Shown here: positions 41,297 to 54,853 of the stretch, in pieces | How positions within the stretch are numbered: the stretch's first letter is position 1 | How the letters are laid out: each line of letters starts with the position of its first letter | Source of the DNA: Octopus vulgaris | Lineage: Eukaryota | Assembly: GCA_951406725.2 (NCBI GenBank) | Contig: OX597819.1 | Span: 33,666,001 to 33,730,000 of the forward strand | Length of the DNA: 64,000 bases | Direction: 5' to 3' | Notes under the pieces: generated by a model | The model's input: the letters and a program-made list of their open reading frames with translations, nothing else | The model's database searches: none | What the model was told of the DNA's origin: nothing | Made by a program: the position numbers and the translations under genes

Positions 41297-43331
41297 CAGT
41301 AGAGGAAGATTTGGTTATTACGTCTAACAAATTGAGTGACTACATTGAGACTATTGTTACTGCTGCTGTTCTAATAATTGCTGTTTATTCTTTAAATATT
41401 GTTCGTTTTAATGTTGTTGTCATTATTAATTGTAGAAGTGTCAATAAAATAGTGTACAAGACCAGATATACTCAGTTGGTGTTGTTTTGTCATTAAGTTA
41501 TGTGTAGCCAAACATTCATAAGTTTCTACAAAAAGTAAATTGGGAATCCTAAGTTGATTGAAAGTAAAGAGAGATATTTTTCAATATTTCATATGTGTAT
41601 TGTTCTGTGACTGACAACATCCTGATCTATGTTATATTGGCTAGATCTGCATCCAACCATGACTACATCAGCTTGAAATATTATTGTATTCATATTTCTA
41701 CAGTTTTGTAATTACTTCGGAGTCAAATGCCACAAAATTCAGTAATATGCCAATATTAAATTCTGTGTAAAAATTACAAATATACCCGCCTTAAAATGGT
41801 GGGAAATGGTTCAATGTCACAAGTGCTAATATTTCAAGAAGTTTTGAATAGTTTTATGAGAGAAGGAAAGAAATTTCTCTCTAAGATTATATAAATATTG
41901 TAAATTATTCCTTTGGGAAATAGAGCAAATTTTTATAGAAAAAATAATTCTTAAGAAATGCCGGTATATAAATAATTTTATAGATATATTAGCTGCTTTT
42001 TTGTTTGTTGAAACCATATAAAGATATTCTTATATTGAATAAATTTCTGATGCTGTAGCCCTAAGCAACTGTACTTTTATTCAATCTCATTTCATAAGGT
42101 GTATATATAACTCCTCTTTCTTTTATATTCCTTCATCTTCTGCTTCATTTATTTCTACCACATATTCCATGGCATAATCTGACAAGATTATTTTAAATAG
42201 ACAAAATTCTAATCTTCTCTAAAAACCATAAATGTTTATGGAGTTGATGCTTAACCCCTGTTTCTGTAGCAATCAGTAAATGAGACAAATATTTTCAGAT
42301 AGAGGTCACTTGTATATCAAAATTAAAGTTCCCAGAATGCCATGTAGTTATTTCTCTGCAACGTAAATTGAAGAAATTTGGAATTAGATAGTTTAGTCTA
42401 CTGGGTGTAGTCTATATATTTGCCCATTCTTCATTTTATCATAAAATAAAACATTTTATGTTTTGGTTAATGAAAGTTTACAGGCCAATTGCTATATTTA
42501 TTGACAATATTTTACTATATATTTACAATTCAAAATGGCCGATCTTTACTTTCACTGTAGCCCTTAATTTTTTATCAACTTTATCAACTTGAAATTCTTT
42601 ATACCAGCCATTTTCAATGTTACAATTTGTTCACACTTTGTTTGAGCTGTCATACTTAATTAAAGGGTAAACAATAAAACAAAGAGAATGTTAGGAAGCA
42701 TTATACAACATTTGCAACTATTTTTTTTAATAAGAATGTTTCAGCTTATGTTTAAATACTAAGTAAATTATAATGTTTAATGGGTAAATATATAAATGTG
42801 CTGCACTGGGTGATAAAATGGGTATTCGATCGTTTTAGATCTACAAGGCAAGAGATCTAACATGTTTACCATCATGTAGTTCCAGGTTCAATCCTCTTGT
42901 GTGGTACCTTTGACACATGCCTTCTACTTTAACTCTGGATCCAACAAAGCCCTGTGAATGGTTGTGTTACATGGAAACTAAAAGAAGCCCATCATGTACA
43001 CACAGAGACACATATGAAAAAACGTGTGTGTGTATGTGTTCATATATATACAAACACATATGTATGTGTATATGTATTGCCTGTCTCCTTGACTTGACAT
43101 TACATAATAGTAGTAATTAGATGACATGGTCTTAACAAGCAGTAATGCTCCTTTGCAATCTTCTGTGACAACATGCTTGGCCATTGTGCTGTTTGTGTTC
43201 ACTGAAAAGTGACATGCAGTGGGACAGAACCTGAAATTACGTAGTAGGGAGGTAAACTTCTTACCATGCACCTGTGCCTGCACCTATAAATAAATGAGAA
43301 AAGGGGGAAAAAAAGGCAAAATTCTACATAC

Positions 43332-43438
43332 TCCTTTTAGAGTTGCAAACACTGGAACGACAACCTCCTGGTATAAGTCTTTACATGTCGGGAAATCTGA
43401 TGTGATTGTATTTGAAGGAACTCCTGTGGATCTTTTAC
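43332..43438 (-). CDS. PLEKHH2: PLEKHH1/2-like exon (GKRSTGVPSNTITSDFPTCKDLYQEVVVPVFATLKG), 107 nt, phase 1/0
   Basis: ttgacag acceptor, gtatgt donor. PVFATLKG spliced to KAAQI resembles the PVYxTLKGKATQI segment I recall from PLEKHH proteins. Not in the ORF track. Confidence 0.85.
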
Positions 43439-44168
43439 CTGTCAATTAAAACAAATAATTATCATGTCAATGGTAATTACAATATATCATCATCATCATT
43501 TAGTGTCCACTTTCCATGCTGGTATGGGTTTCGACGGTTTGACTGGAAATCGTATGTTAGAGAGCTGTACCAGGTTCCAATCTGATTTGGCATGGTTTCT
43601 AAAGCTGGATGCTCTTCCTAGTGCCAACCACTCCAAGAGTATAATGGGTGCTTTTTACATTCCACTGGCACAGGTGCCATATACATGACACTGGCAACAG
43701 CTGTGACTACAATTTCACTTGGCTTGATGAGTCTTCTCAAGCACAGCATATCGCCAAAGGTCTCAGTCACTTGTCATTGCCTCCATGAGGTCCAACATTC
43801 AGTGGTCATGTGGTTCACAGAGACAACTTCAAATGATCAAGACCTTTGGTGATATGCTGTGTTTGAGAAGACTCAAATATATATAGAAGCCAAGGCATAA
43901 ATGAATGTCATTACATATTTTCCATTATATATGCCTTGTCATATATTATCATTCAGTGTAAAAAGCTGTTTAACTAGAGCACAGCTATGGATTTATGATA
44001 CAGAATAGTGGTGAACTATAACCTCGGACCCTACCACAAGAATATCTGGAGTTCTTTACTAATCTAAACAATATTGTCAGCCTGGTATACTCATGGAGAC
44101 CTAATAAAGTATTTGCCTGGATTGATAATCCCTTACTAATAACTCTGTTATATATCTATTTATATGTA

Positions 44169-44212
<44 letters not shown>

Positions 44213-44312
44213 CTGTTTATGGATTACCCAGGGTTTCACATCCATAAAGAGCTTAGCTTTACAGTGTTTCTATAGACACTAAACTCATTAGCCTATGGCC
44301 TCACTTTATCTT

Positions 44313-44343
<31 letters not shown>

Positions 44344-44347
<4 letters not shown>

Positions 44348-44531
44348 CACTCAAAACAGTTTGATTCAGATTCCGTGCTACTTCAAGTTTTGAAGCCCCT
44401 AACGGGGCTTTTCTCCTCAGGTTGGTAAGAATTTGATTTAAATTCTTACCAGCCTGACGAGAAAGGAGCCATTAGGGGCTTCAAAACTTAAAGTAGCATG
44501 AGATCCAAATCAAACTGTTTTGGGTAATATA
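44344..44531. repeat. ~190-bp imperfect palindrome with hammerhead-like arms
   Basis: Arms pair about an axis near 44435; each contains CTGA(C/G)GA-stem-AAAAC...GTA. Confidence 0.85.
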
Positions 44532-45509
44532 TGTAACTCCCAATAAATGTGTTGAGTACCTTTTCTTTTGTTTGTCCTCTCACTTATGTGTGTGTGTGTG
44601 ATCTGGATATCAATCACCAAATATCGTTATATACCATGATAGCAACCTTTACCTGTGAACCAAAGATAATCCTGTTCAAGAACTGTTTTATTTCAACTCA
44701 GTTGCAATCATTTTAGAACATTAGTAGATGCCTTTTATTTAGAAATAAAGCACCATTTGAGTGTGATTGTTACCAGCATCACCTTACTGGCACTTGTGCC
44801 GGTGGCATGGGAAAAAACATTTGAGCAAGGTCATTGCCAGTGCTGCTGGACTGGCTCCTGTGCAGGTGGCATGTAAAAAAACACCATTTCAGTGTGGCCA
44901 TTGCCAGTACTGCCTGACTGGCTTTCATGCTGGTGGTATGTAAAAGCACCCACTACACTCTCAGAGTGGTTGACATTAGGAAGGGCATCCAGCTGAAGAA
45001 ACTCTGCCAGATCAGATTGGAGCCTGGTGCAGCCATTTGGTTCGCCAGTCCTCAGTCAAATCGTCCAACCCATGCTAGCATGGAAAGTGGACATTAAACA
45101 ATGATGATGATGATGAAGAGGACAACAAGATAGCTATCAAACATAACTCACTGATATGTCCTACCAAAACTTGGACTTAATTGGTATCATGATTCACTCA
45201 GACTCTTGATTCTTATATTGCTTCTCATTTTCTCAACTATATAAGACCACCCTCCTACCCACACAGGCCTGGCAATAACGAATTCACCTAATCCTGCCAC
45301 CTCTTAACAAAATCCCTACATATGTTTTTCCTGCATTCAATAAGAACGCTAATCAGCCTTGGAGGGTCTGCAAGGTGATGGCCACAACCTCTTCCTTCAA
45401 AGTATAAAAAAGAAAGAAAGAACGAAAAGCAGGAATGAAGGAAGGAAGGACGGAAGGAAGGACGGAAGGAAGGAAAGAAGGCAAGCAGGGATGGATGGAT
45501 GGATGGATG

Positions 45510-45562
<53 letters not shown>

Positions 45563-46158
45563 TCAAACCGTCCAACCCATGCCAGCAGGGAAAATGGACA
45601 AATGATGATGATGATGATGATAGTGATGATGATGATGACACCATTGAAATTTCAAAGCTACAAGATAATGCATGATTAATTCAAAACCAAGTGAATAAAT
45701 AAGTATTTTTGAAAGTGTAATCTGAATATCAAAGGGTTAAAACCTTTGTAGACTCTCCCAGACTTGGAAACATGAATAATTAGGTGAAGTTATTGCAATT
45801 AATACCTTTTATTGTTTGAATTGACAGCATAAATGATTGTTTATGTTGCCTGTTCAAATCTGTTCAATTTCATCCTTCATCTTTCAACAATTGGTAGAAA
45901 CTGTTCCAGTTAAATACTGGGGTTCAGTAAAGCAACCACTCCCAATAGCTTTTGTGACCCTGAGCTTATATAAAAAAAAAGTTAATGTTTAATTTGAATT
46001 GTTGCAGAATTTAATTTGAATTGTAATTTAAGATATACGGAATTTGGGAGGGAGAAAGTTTTGTAGAGCAAAACATTGTTGAAGACTAAAGTAGTATTCC
46101 AGCCAGCTTCTTTAGCATTGTGAGTGGGAATAACAGCAAAACACCACATTCAATAAAT

Positions 46159-46214
<56 letters not shown>

Positions 46215-47026
46215 CAGGGGGAGAGGGAGAGAGCTGCACCAACACTGAGCTGGTACTCATTTTCAACTGAGCAGACTGGATCAACTTGAAATAATGTGCC
46301 TCGCTTAAAAACACACCATCCTGTCCAGTCCAGGAATTGAACCCACAACCTTGTGATTGTGAGCCCTAAACCTCTAACCATTAGAGTATTGTATAATGTA
46401 ATGTATTCGATACATACCTCACTCCTTACAAATACACACTCACACAACATAAGAAGATAAATAAAGATGACAGAAAACAAATTTAATAAGCTAAAATTAG
46501 AATCAGATTTCTAATAACTATTTTGAAGAATCCTTTCAGAACCACTTCTCATCTTAACAATATTTGGCAGATTTAATCTTTATAAAAGCGATTTACCCAA
46601 TCACTATTACTCAGCTACATTAAGTAGCCTGCGCCGTTTCACACCACTTATTTTTTTATATATATATATTTTTTATTAACCTTTTTTGTTAAATATTGAT
46701 TCGTTAACTCAATCCACTTACTGTTTAATTAATATTTACCAAAGCATTTAACAATGATTAAAATTCAACTGTAATTAAATTTACTCTTATATTCATGGCC
46801 AATTATTATTTGTTTATTTATCTGTGTTGTAATTATTGTTGTTCTGTGAACTGTTAATCTGTGAAATTAAATTTCCTGATTATTCCAGTAATTATGTTAA
46901 ATATTAACCAAAAACAGAATTGGTATTTTATGCAAAGTTACATTACCACAATAAATTTGACACATCTCTACAGGAAATAGTTTCAAATAAGACCTTACTC
47001 AACAAAAGATAGATAGGTACATATTG

Positions 47027-48157
47027 TATTGAGTCAAAAGTTTTGCAATATTTTGGTAGCTTATTTACTTTATTCATCAAGTTACAAAAAAAGCAGCTGA
47101 GCATTGAAAGTAGAGGTCGTTGTGGAGGCACATGGCCTAGTGGTTAGAGCAGCGGACTCGCGGTCGAGGGATCGCATGTTCGAATCTCAGACCAGACGAT
47201 GTGTGTGCTTATGAGTGAAACACCTAAGCTCCACGCAGCTCCGGCAGAAAGTAATGGCGAAACTTCTGCTGACTCTTCCGCCACAACTTCCTCTCACTCT
47301 TTCCTCCTGCATCTTGCAGCTCACCTGCGATGGACTGGTGTCCCATCCAGGTGGGGAACCTATATGCCAAGAAACCGGGAAACCGGCCCTTATGAGCCAG
47401 GCATGGCTCGAGAAGGAACAAACAACAACAACAGAGGTCATTGTGTTGCACCATCTGACACCACCTTTCATTGAAGCTTCCACCTCCACTTGGTTGATGA
47501 ATTGTCATGAATGTAGGAAGTAAGTCATGGATCTGAACAAGTAATAATCCGAGGAAGATATCTTTTGGCAATCCTAACGTACATAAGCAGTGGTTAAGTA
47601 AGGGCCAGCTTTCAGAACCTATCACTAAATATGAGCATTTCAAACACAAGGTGATGCGCTGTGTCTGGTGGAATTATGAGGGGTTAATTCACTGCAAGTT
47701 TATTCTGGACAGTTGAACCATTGATGCCAACCTGTACCCCAAACTGGAGTGAATGTAAGCCACTGGATGGCAAAAATAACTGGCATTGGTTAACAGAAAG
47801 CAAGGTCTTCTGCAGCAAAACCTTATACCTCTTGAATGACCCGGAATAAACTCCAGGAACTTGAGAGAATCAAACTAATGTCACACCCAGCATATAGTCC
47901 AGACCCAACTCCCTCAAATTATTACTTCTTCCAATCCATGGCTCACTTCCCTGTGATCATGATACTTCATTGACCAACAGAAGGTGGATGTTTCAGTGAA
48001 GGAGTTCTTCACCTTGAAGGACAAGAACTGGTATCAACGTGGGATCAAAGAACTGGCAGAGAAGGTATCTTCAGAGTGTTCAGCTGCTTCTGTTGAAGCT
48101 TGACAATTAAAGCAAGTAAGTTACCAAAATATTGCAAAACTCTACTGGACCTTAATA
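47027..48157 (+). mobile_element. Decayed mariner transposon interrupted by a SINE
   Basis: TIR core gttttgcaatattttggta at both ends; KVMRCVWWNYEGLIH near 47648 and HPAYSPDPTPSNYYFF near 47884 (mariner YSPDLAPSDY motif). Confidence 0.88.
47124..47432 (+). mobile_element. tRNA-derived SINE with (AAC)n tail; uninterrupted counterpart of 22843-23364
   Basis: A and B boxes; 12-bp TSD agaggtc[g/a]ttgt. Confidence 0.9.
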
Positions 48158-48590
48158 AACATTTTGTTGTTTAAAAATGTTTTATTATATTTTTACAATT
48201 AAATATTAAGAATTGTATAAAAAAATTGTTAGAATATTTTGTGCATTGTAGAAGTGTACTTAATATGTTGTTAATAAATTTTAACAACAAAATGTTATGT
48301 TGATCCCTAAATCATGAATGAAAAGCTGTTTCTGTAAACATTTTCCAAGAGGAAACCTTATGAAACCTAATAAAAGTGTACTGTTACCCAGTACTTGGGT
48401 GGGGGAATAAAAAGGTCAGTTTTAAGACATTCTTATTTTCATGTGTTTAAATCACTTTCTCCTAAGACTACTTCTGCTAAATCAGCCCGGGACACATTCA
48501 AAATTTCGAAGAAAAATCAAAACACATTTTTACAAGCGGTAAACAAAGAAATAAAAAAAAAAAAAATTTAATTACACAGCTGGAGGTACA

Positions 48591-48635
<45 letters not shown>

Positions 48636-48850
48636 GATTAGTAGTAGTAAGGTGGCAAGCTGGTGGAATTGTTAGCATGCCAGGCAAAATGCTTAGTGGT
48701 ATTTCAACTATCTTTACAATCTGAGTTCAAATTCTGCTGAGGTCAACTTTCCCTTTCTTCCTTTCAGGGTCAATGTAACTGACTAGTCCCCTCCCACCAA
48801 ATTTCAGGCCTTGTGCCTTTGGTAGAGAGGATCATCATCATCTGTAGTAA

Positions 48851-48882
<32 letters not shown>

Positions 48883-49669
48883 TTGTTATTCAGGTGGTAA
48901 ACTAGCAGAACTGCTAGTGCATTGGAAAAATTACTTTACGGTATTTCTTCCAGTGCTTTACATTCTGAGTTCAAATTCCGCCGAGGTCGACTTTGCCTTT
49001 CATCCTTTCATGGTCAGTCAAGCACTGGGGTCGATGTAATAAACTAACTCCCTCCCCACTAATTCCAGGCCTTGTGTCTGTAGTAGAAAGGATGATTATT
49101 ATTATTGTTGAGTGGGTAAAGTGACAAACAAAATCATCACAGTCTGGAAAAAAAAAAGCATCAGGAAAAATACTCTTCCTTTGTGGTATTTAGTTCCAGG
49201 TCTTTGTATTTTGAGTTCAAATCCCACCAATGTCAACTTTGTATTTCATTTTTCAAGAGTTGTTAAAACAAAGTACTGGTAAACTACCTGGGAGTCAATA
49301 TAATTGACTACCTCTCCCCTATAGATATATGAGCTTGTTGATTAAGTTAGAAATCATTAATGTAATTACAAAGGGTAATGGATGGTAGGCTCAGTAGAGT
49401 GCCTGTGGTATCAGGTCATGTCACTTTATAATGAGAGTTCAAATCCTGCCATTTGATGAGGGTGGTATGTCTATAAAATAAAGACCAGCATGGAGAAAAA
49501 TAGACATATGCTGGTGTTGTTGTTGTTGTTGGTGGTGGTGGTGCTAGTGGTGGTGGTGGTGGTAGGGATGATGATGAGGCTTATTAAACTACAAAGAAAA
49601 TATCATGTCAGAGTCAGAAATTGAATAAAACCAGATTAAATTCTTCATGAATGCCAAGATGGTTTTTAA

Positions 49670-49897
49670 CCCTTTAGCATTTAAACAGGCAACACAACAC
49701 CTCTGGCCCAAAATATTCTACCAGTTTTATGCTCAAACTGAGTAGATCCAGTCTTCTACACCTAACCTAAACTGTCATTCTAAAAATAAATGCTCACATC
49801 TTTGAAATTTCCAAGCTACAAGATAATGCATGATTAATTCAAAATAATGTGAATAAATAAGCATTATATTTGGCAGAGTAATCTGAATGCTAGAGGG
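49670..49897. mobile_element. piggyBac-like MITE
   Basis: TTAA|CCCTTTAGCATT...AATGCTAGAGGG|TTAA; copies near 13050-13227, 19872-20185, 33476-33800, 45645-45740, 55526-55754. Confidence 0.85.
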
Positions 49898-50915
49898 TTA
49901 ACCCATTCACTGCAAAAATCTGATACATCCACCCAGAATTTCATTACCCTTATCTGTCTTTTGTTGAGGAACCTTTATTTGCAAATATCTTTTGTTTGAT
50001 TTTGAATTCCATGGAAAAGGCTTAATCAAATAAGTACCATTTATATACTGTTATTGAATTAATTAACTAATTATTTGTAATTATTTAGAAAAGAAAGAAA
50101 AGAAACAGGCTTTTGAATCTATCCAGATGAAATAATTTTAATTAATGTGACTGTAAGTAATTATAATTGCAGCAATCGTAATTAATATTCTAATACAGAT
50201 ATTCTTTATTATTTTGGCAGAGTTGATAGAATATCAGATAAAACTGTACTAGATTGGCAAACTCAGTTGCCTTTGCTTTTGTGATACATTGAGTATCGGT
50301 TCTTTATGTTCTGAGTTCAAAGCTTACCATAGTCAACTTAATTTTCTATTTGCGATGATTGTTCTGGTGAGTATTAAACTTCACAGCTAATCATGACTAT
50401 AAAATGTATATCTAACCAATCAGAACATAGCTATCAATTTCTGTATTAGAAAGCTAGCTGGCTGCAAAATTATCACCATGGTGACATACCTAAAAAAAGT
50501 GTCTCTACATGGTCATTCAATCTGCCAGAAATAGCAACCAAATTGTTACTTTAAAATAAAAGACATATCAGGGAATGTAATCCTTAAGAAACAAAATGAA
50601 AGAATAGCTATGACAGGGATACCTTTGATTATAGGTCTCTACAATAAGGGTTGATGTTGGGGCTAACATGTTAAAGTGGAGTACATTACTTTAAGCAGTA
50701 GGAATGATTCATAACTGATAAATATTCCATTATCTGGCAGAGCTGACTTTTAATGTTGCCATACCAATAAAATAGAGAAAGACAGGTATAGCTGTGTAGG
50801 TAAGAAGCTCACTTTACAATCGCATGGTTCCAGGTTCAGTTCCACTGTGCAGCACACTAGACAAATGTCTTCTACTATCATTTGGTAGATGGAAACTGTG
50901 TGGAAGCTCAAGCAT

Positions 50916-50963
<48 letters not shown>

Positions 50964-51530
50964 ATGTGTCTTTGTGCTTCTGTTTGTTTACTCCCACCAC
51001 TCAACAACTGGAGTTGGTTGTTTATGTTTCCATAACTTAAAGACCAATAGAATAAGTATCACACTTCAAAATAAGTACAGGGGCCAGCTGTTAAACTAAA
51101 CCCCTCAAAACAGAGCTTTAGCATGGCCACAGTCCAATGACTGAAACATGTAAAAGATAGATGCTATATTGCCTAACTTTGAGCAGGTTCATATTAGGAG
51201 TGTTATAGCAAAAAGGAAAGTGGGCCTTTTGTATTTATTGATACAAGTCACTGCATAAAGAGATTAGCATTGAGTCTCTTGGACCTCTTGGATCCTTAGG
51301 CAACTGCTCAGTGTGTCCATGCATTGTGATGACACTAATCTTGAGTTTTCAACCCTTGATACAATCATAGGGATGTCAATATAATATACAGCATATTTGA
51401 AATTAACCAAGCACTTTATCATCATTAAATCTCATATTTAGAACACAAAAAGTTTCTAATATAAAATTATTATAGGTTTTATATTTAGATATAAAACACT
51501 TTAAAATAGAATTTATGTAGGAGCAAGAGT

Positions 51531-51717
51531 ACAGTTCTATATTTTAGAAATGAGGAATTATGTACATTATTTACATTATTTACAATTGACGGATATTTGT
51601 CCTCATCTGGAGGGTATATCACGACATTTTGGCTGATATACCCTCCAGCCTTCATCAGGTGTCTTGAGGAAATTTCCAACCTGGGTCTCATTCCTAAGGT
51701 ATTTTTCGATGATATCA

Positions 51718-51764
<47 letters not shown>

Positions 51765-51845
51765 TTTGAGGTCACTGTCTGGAATCAAACTCAGAATCCT
51801 CTGGGTTAGTTACTCACACTCTTAACCACTATGCCATATACCCGT
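51531..51845 (-). mobile_element. Left arm of the palindromic tRNA-head/(TAA)n/hammerhead element
   Basis: Reverse complement of 51846-51993 joined to 54765-54953; A box 51826-51836, B box 51781-51792. Confidence 0.85.
51620..51663 (-). ncRNA. Degenerate minimal hammerhead ribozyme motif
   Basis: GACAC CTGATGA a GGCTG...CAGCC aAAAt GTC GTG. Confidence 0.65.
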
Positions 51846-51993
51846 GGGCAAATGGTGTAGTGGTTAAGAGCACGGGCTACTTATTCCAAGATTCCGAGTT
51901 CGATTCCAGGCAGTGACCTGAATAATGATAATAATAATAATAATAATAATAATGATAATAATGATAATAACAATAATAGTAATAATAATAATA

Positions 51994-54765
51994 AGAATAT
52001 TATAGACGAGTTAGATCAATACTAAAAACAGAGCTCAATGCTAAAAACAAGATAATAGGTATTAACACTTTAGCTGTCCCAGTTATAAGTTACAGCTACA
52101 ATATCCTTAACTGGACACTAAATGAACTGACCAAAATAGATAGGAAAACAAGAAAAATAATGACAGGATCTAGGATGCATCACCCAAAATCTGACATAGA
52201 AAGACTATATATACAACGTATAGAAGGTGGTAGAGGCCTTATACAGCTGGAAAACTACTATAAAATAACAACCATAGGACTGCAAAAATATCTACTTCAG
52301 AAGGAAGGAAAACTGATACAAATAGCGGCAAAACACGAGCAAAACAAAAAACTGTTCTCAGTATTTAAGGAAGCCGACAAATACAAACAAGAAACCATAC
52401 CACCTAATAAATGTGAAGAAGAAGAAGAAGATGAAGAAACAACAAAAGCTATAAAACAAATGAAATCCAAACTAAAACTAGAACAGCAAAGAACCATGAT
52501 AAAACGATGGCAAGAAAAGCCCCTTCATGGTAAATACTGGACTAAACTAAATGCAAAAGAAATAGACAAAGAAAAATCCCAGCAATGGTTGAGAAGCTCA
52601 GAAATCAAAGCAGAGACAGAGGGATTCTTAATTGCAGCACAAGACCAAAGCCTACGCACCAGAAATTACCAAAAACATGTAATGAAAAGAAATATAACAA
52701 GTAACTGCAGAATATGTGGAGATGGACAAGAAACAATAAATCATATTATCTCTGGCTGCCCAGTCCTGGCTAAGAAGGAATATATTCACAGACATGACAG
52801 AGTTGGAACCTACATACACTGGAAGCTATGCCAACATTGTGGAATAACAACAGAAAAAAGATGGTATAGGCACACACCAGAAAAGGTCACAGAAAACGAG
52901 AAAGCAACCATACTCTGAGATATGCCGATACACACAGATAGAGAAATTAAGGCCAACAGACCAGATATAGTTGTCAGAGATCATGAAGAAAAAAATGCTT
53001 TCTAATTGATTAGAGTAAATGTAGCGAAGACCAAAGTTATAGTAAGCCGAAAGGCGAACTCAGCACACACCCCATCGGGCAGGTGGCCCTGCTCGATCTG
53101 TAGGAAAGGTGTAGGTAGAAACTCCATAAGATGCACCCAGTGTAAGCTATGGACGCATAAGAGGTGCAGCAACATCAAAGGGAAATTAACTGATAAGATA
53201 GCTTTCATGTGCGGCAGATGCACAGGGACAATAGACACCACAAATACTCAGAAAACAGATTCCATCACACTCCAGGAGGAGAAACTAGAAGTAGTTGATA
53301 GTTTCCGCTACCTGGGTGACCAAGTTAGTAGTGGAGGTGGATGCTCAGAGAGTGTCACCACTAGAATATGAATAGCCTGGGCAAAGTTTAGAAAGCTCCT
53401 ACCCCTACTGGCGACAAAGGGTCTCTCACTCAGAGTGAAAGGTAGATTGTATGATGCATGTGTGCGAACTGCCATGCTTCACAGCAGTGAAACATGGGCT
53501 GTGACTGCAGAGGACATGCGTAGACTTGAAAGAAATGAAGCTAGCATGATCCGCTGGATGTGTAATGTCAGTGTGAATGCACGACAGAGTGTAAGCACCC
53601 TGAAAGAAATGCTGGACATAAGAAGCATCAGATGCGGTGTGCAAGAGCGACACTTGCGATGGTATGGTCATGTACTGTGGATGGATGAGGAGAGATGTGT
53701 GAAGAAATGCCGCTCCCAAACAGTTGAAGGAATCAGGTGGAGAGGTAGACCCAGGAAGACATGGGATGAGGTAGTCAAGCATGACCTCAGAGCGTTGGGC
53801 CTCACTGAGGCAATGGCGAAGGACCAAGATCTCTGGAGATGTGCTGTGACTACAAAGACCCGGGATGCTTCCGGCTCCAGTTCCGCATAGCCCCTGCCCA
53901 TCCAAATTACCTTGGATCCCGGAACGTCTCGCTGTGCTTGAGGAGACCTGTTGAGTCAAGCGCATGTACATGAACATCGAAACAAATATCAATGGAAATA
54001 GTAGTTGTGATACCTGTGTCGGTGGCACATAAAAAGCACCATCCGAACGTGGCCGTTGTCAGCCCCGCCTCGACTGGCTTCTGTGCCAGTGGCACATAAA
54101 AAGCACCATCCGAATGTGGCCGATGCCAGCGCTGCCTTGGCTGGCTTCCGTGCCGGTGGCACGTTAAAAGCACCAACCGATCGTGGCCGATGCCAGACAC
54201 CCCTTGGCGCCTGTGCAGGTGGCACTTAAAAAGCACCCACTACACTCGCGGAGTGGTTGGCGTTAGGAAGGGCATCCAGCTGTAGAAACACTGCCAGATC
54301 AGACTGGAGGCTGGTGCAGCCCTGGCTTCCCAGACCCCGGTTGAACTGTCCAACCCGTGCTAGCACGGAAAACGGACGTTAAACGATGATGATGATGATG
54401 ATGTATCAATACCGGCAGATGACAACGTGTCTCTAAAAGAAATGGAGAAACTCTCAAAATACAAAGACCTGGAAATGGAGGTAACCAGAATGTGGAATCT
54501 AAAAACAGAAACAATTCCTATCATAGTAGGTGCATTAGGCACGATAAAAAAATATTCAGACAAATACATAACAAAAACACCAGGACTTACAAACACATAT
54601 AACATACAGAAAATTGCACTACTAGGCACTGCACACATCCTACGCAGAACACTTTCCATACAATAACCATCAGAGCATCACAACAAATCACAGCACATAC
54701 CCAAGGCACACAGAGCTGCGCTCGGTAGTGAAGTGAAAGCACGCTATAAAAATAAAACTACTGAA
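51994..54765 (+). mobile_element. 5'-truncated R4/Dong-like non-LTR retrotransposon (RT C-terminus, CCHC finger, restriction-like endonuclease), split by an RTE
   Basis: CRICG...ETINHIISGC, HRHDRV, RPDIV, LIDVSIP, KEMEKLSKYKDL, IPIIVGALG; premature TGA at 52916-52918; (TAA)n on both flanks. Confidence 0.9.
53011..54402 (+). mobile_element. 5'-truncated RTE-clade LINE with PHD-like finger, 3' UTR and (GAT)n tail
   Basis: VNVAKTK, EVVDSFRYLG, SETW, LRWYGHV, RGRPRKTW; single in-frame stop at 53369-53371. Confidence 0.9.
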
Positions 54766-54853
54766 TGATGATAATAATAATAATAATAATATTAATAATA
54801 ATAACATCGAAAAATACCTTAGAAATGAGAACCCAGGTTCGAAATTTCCCCAA

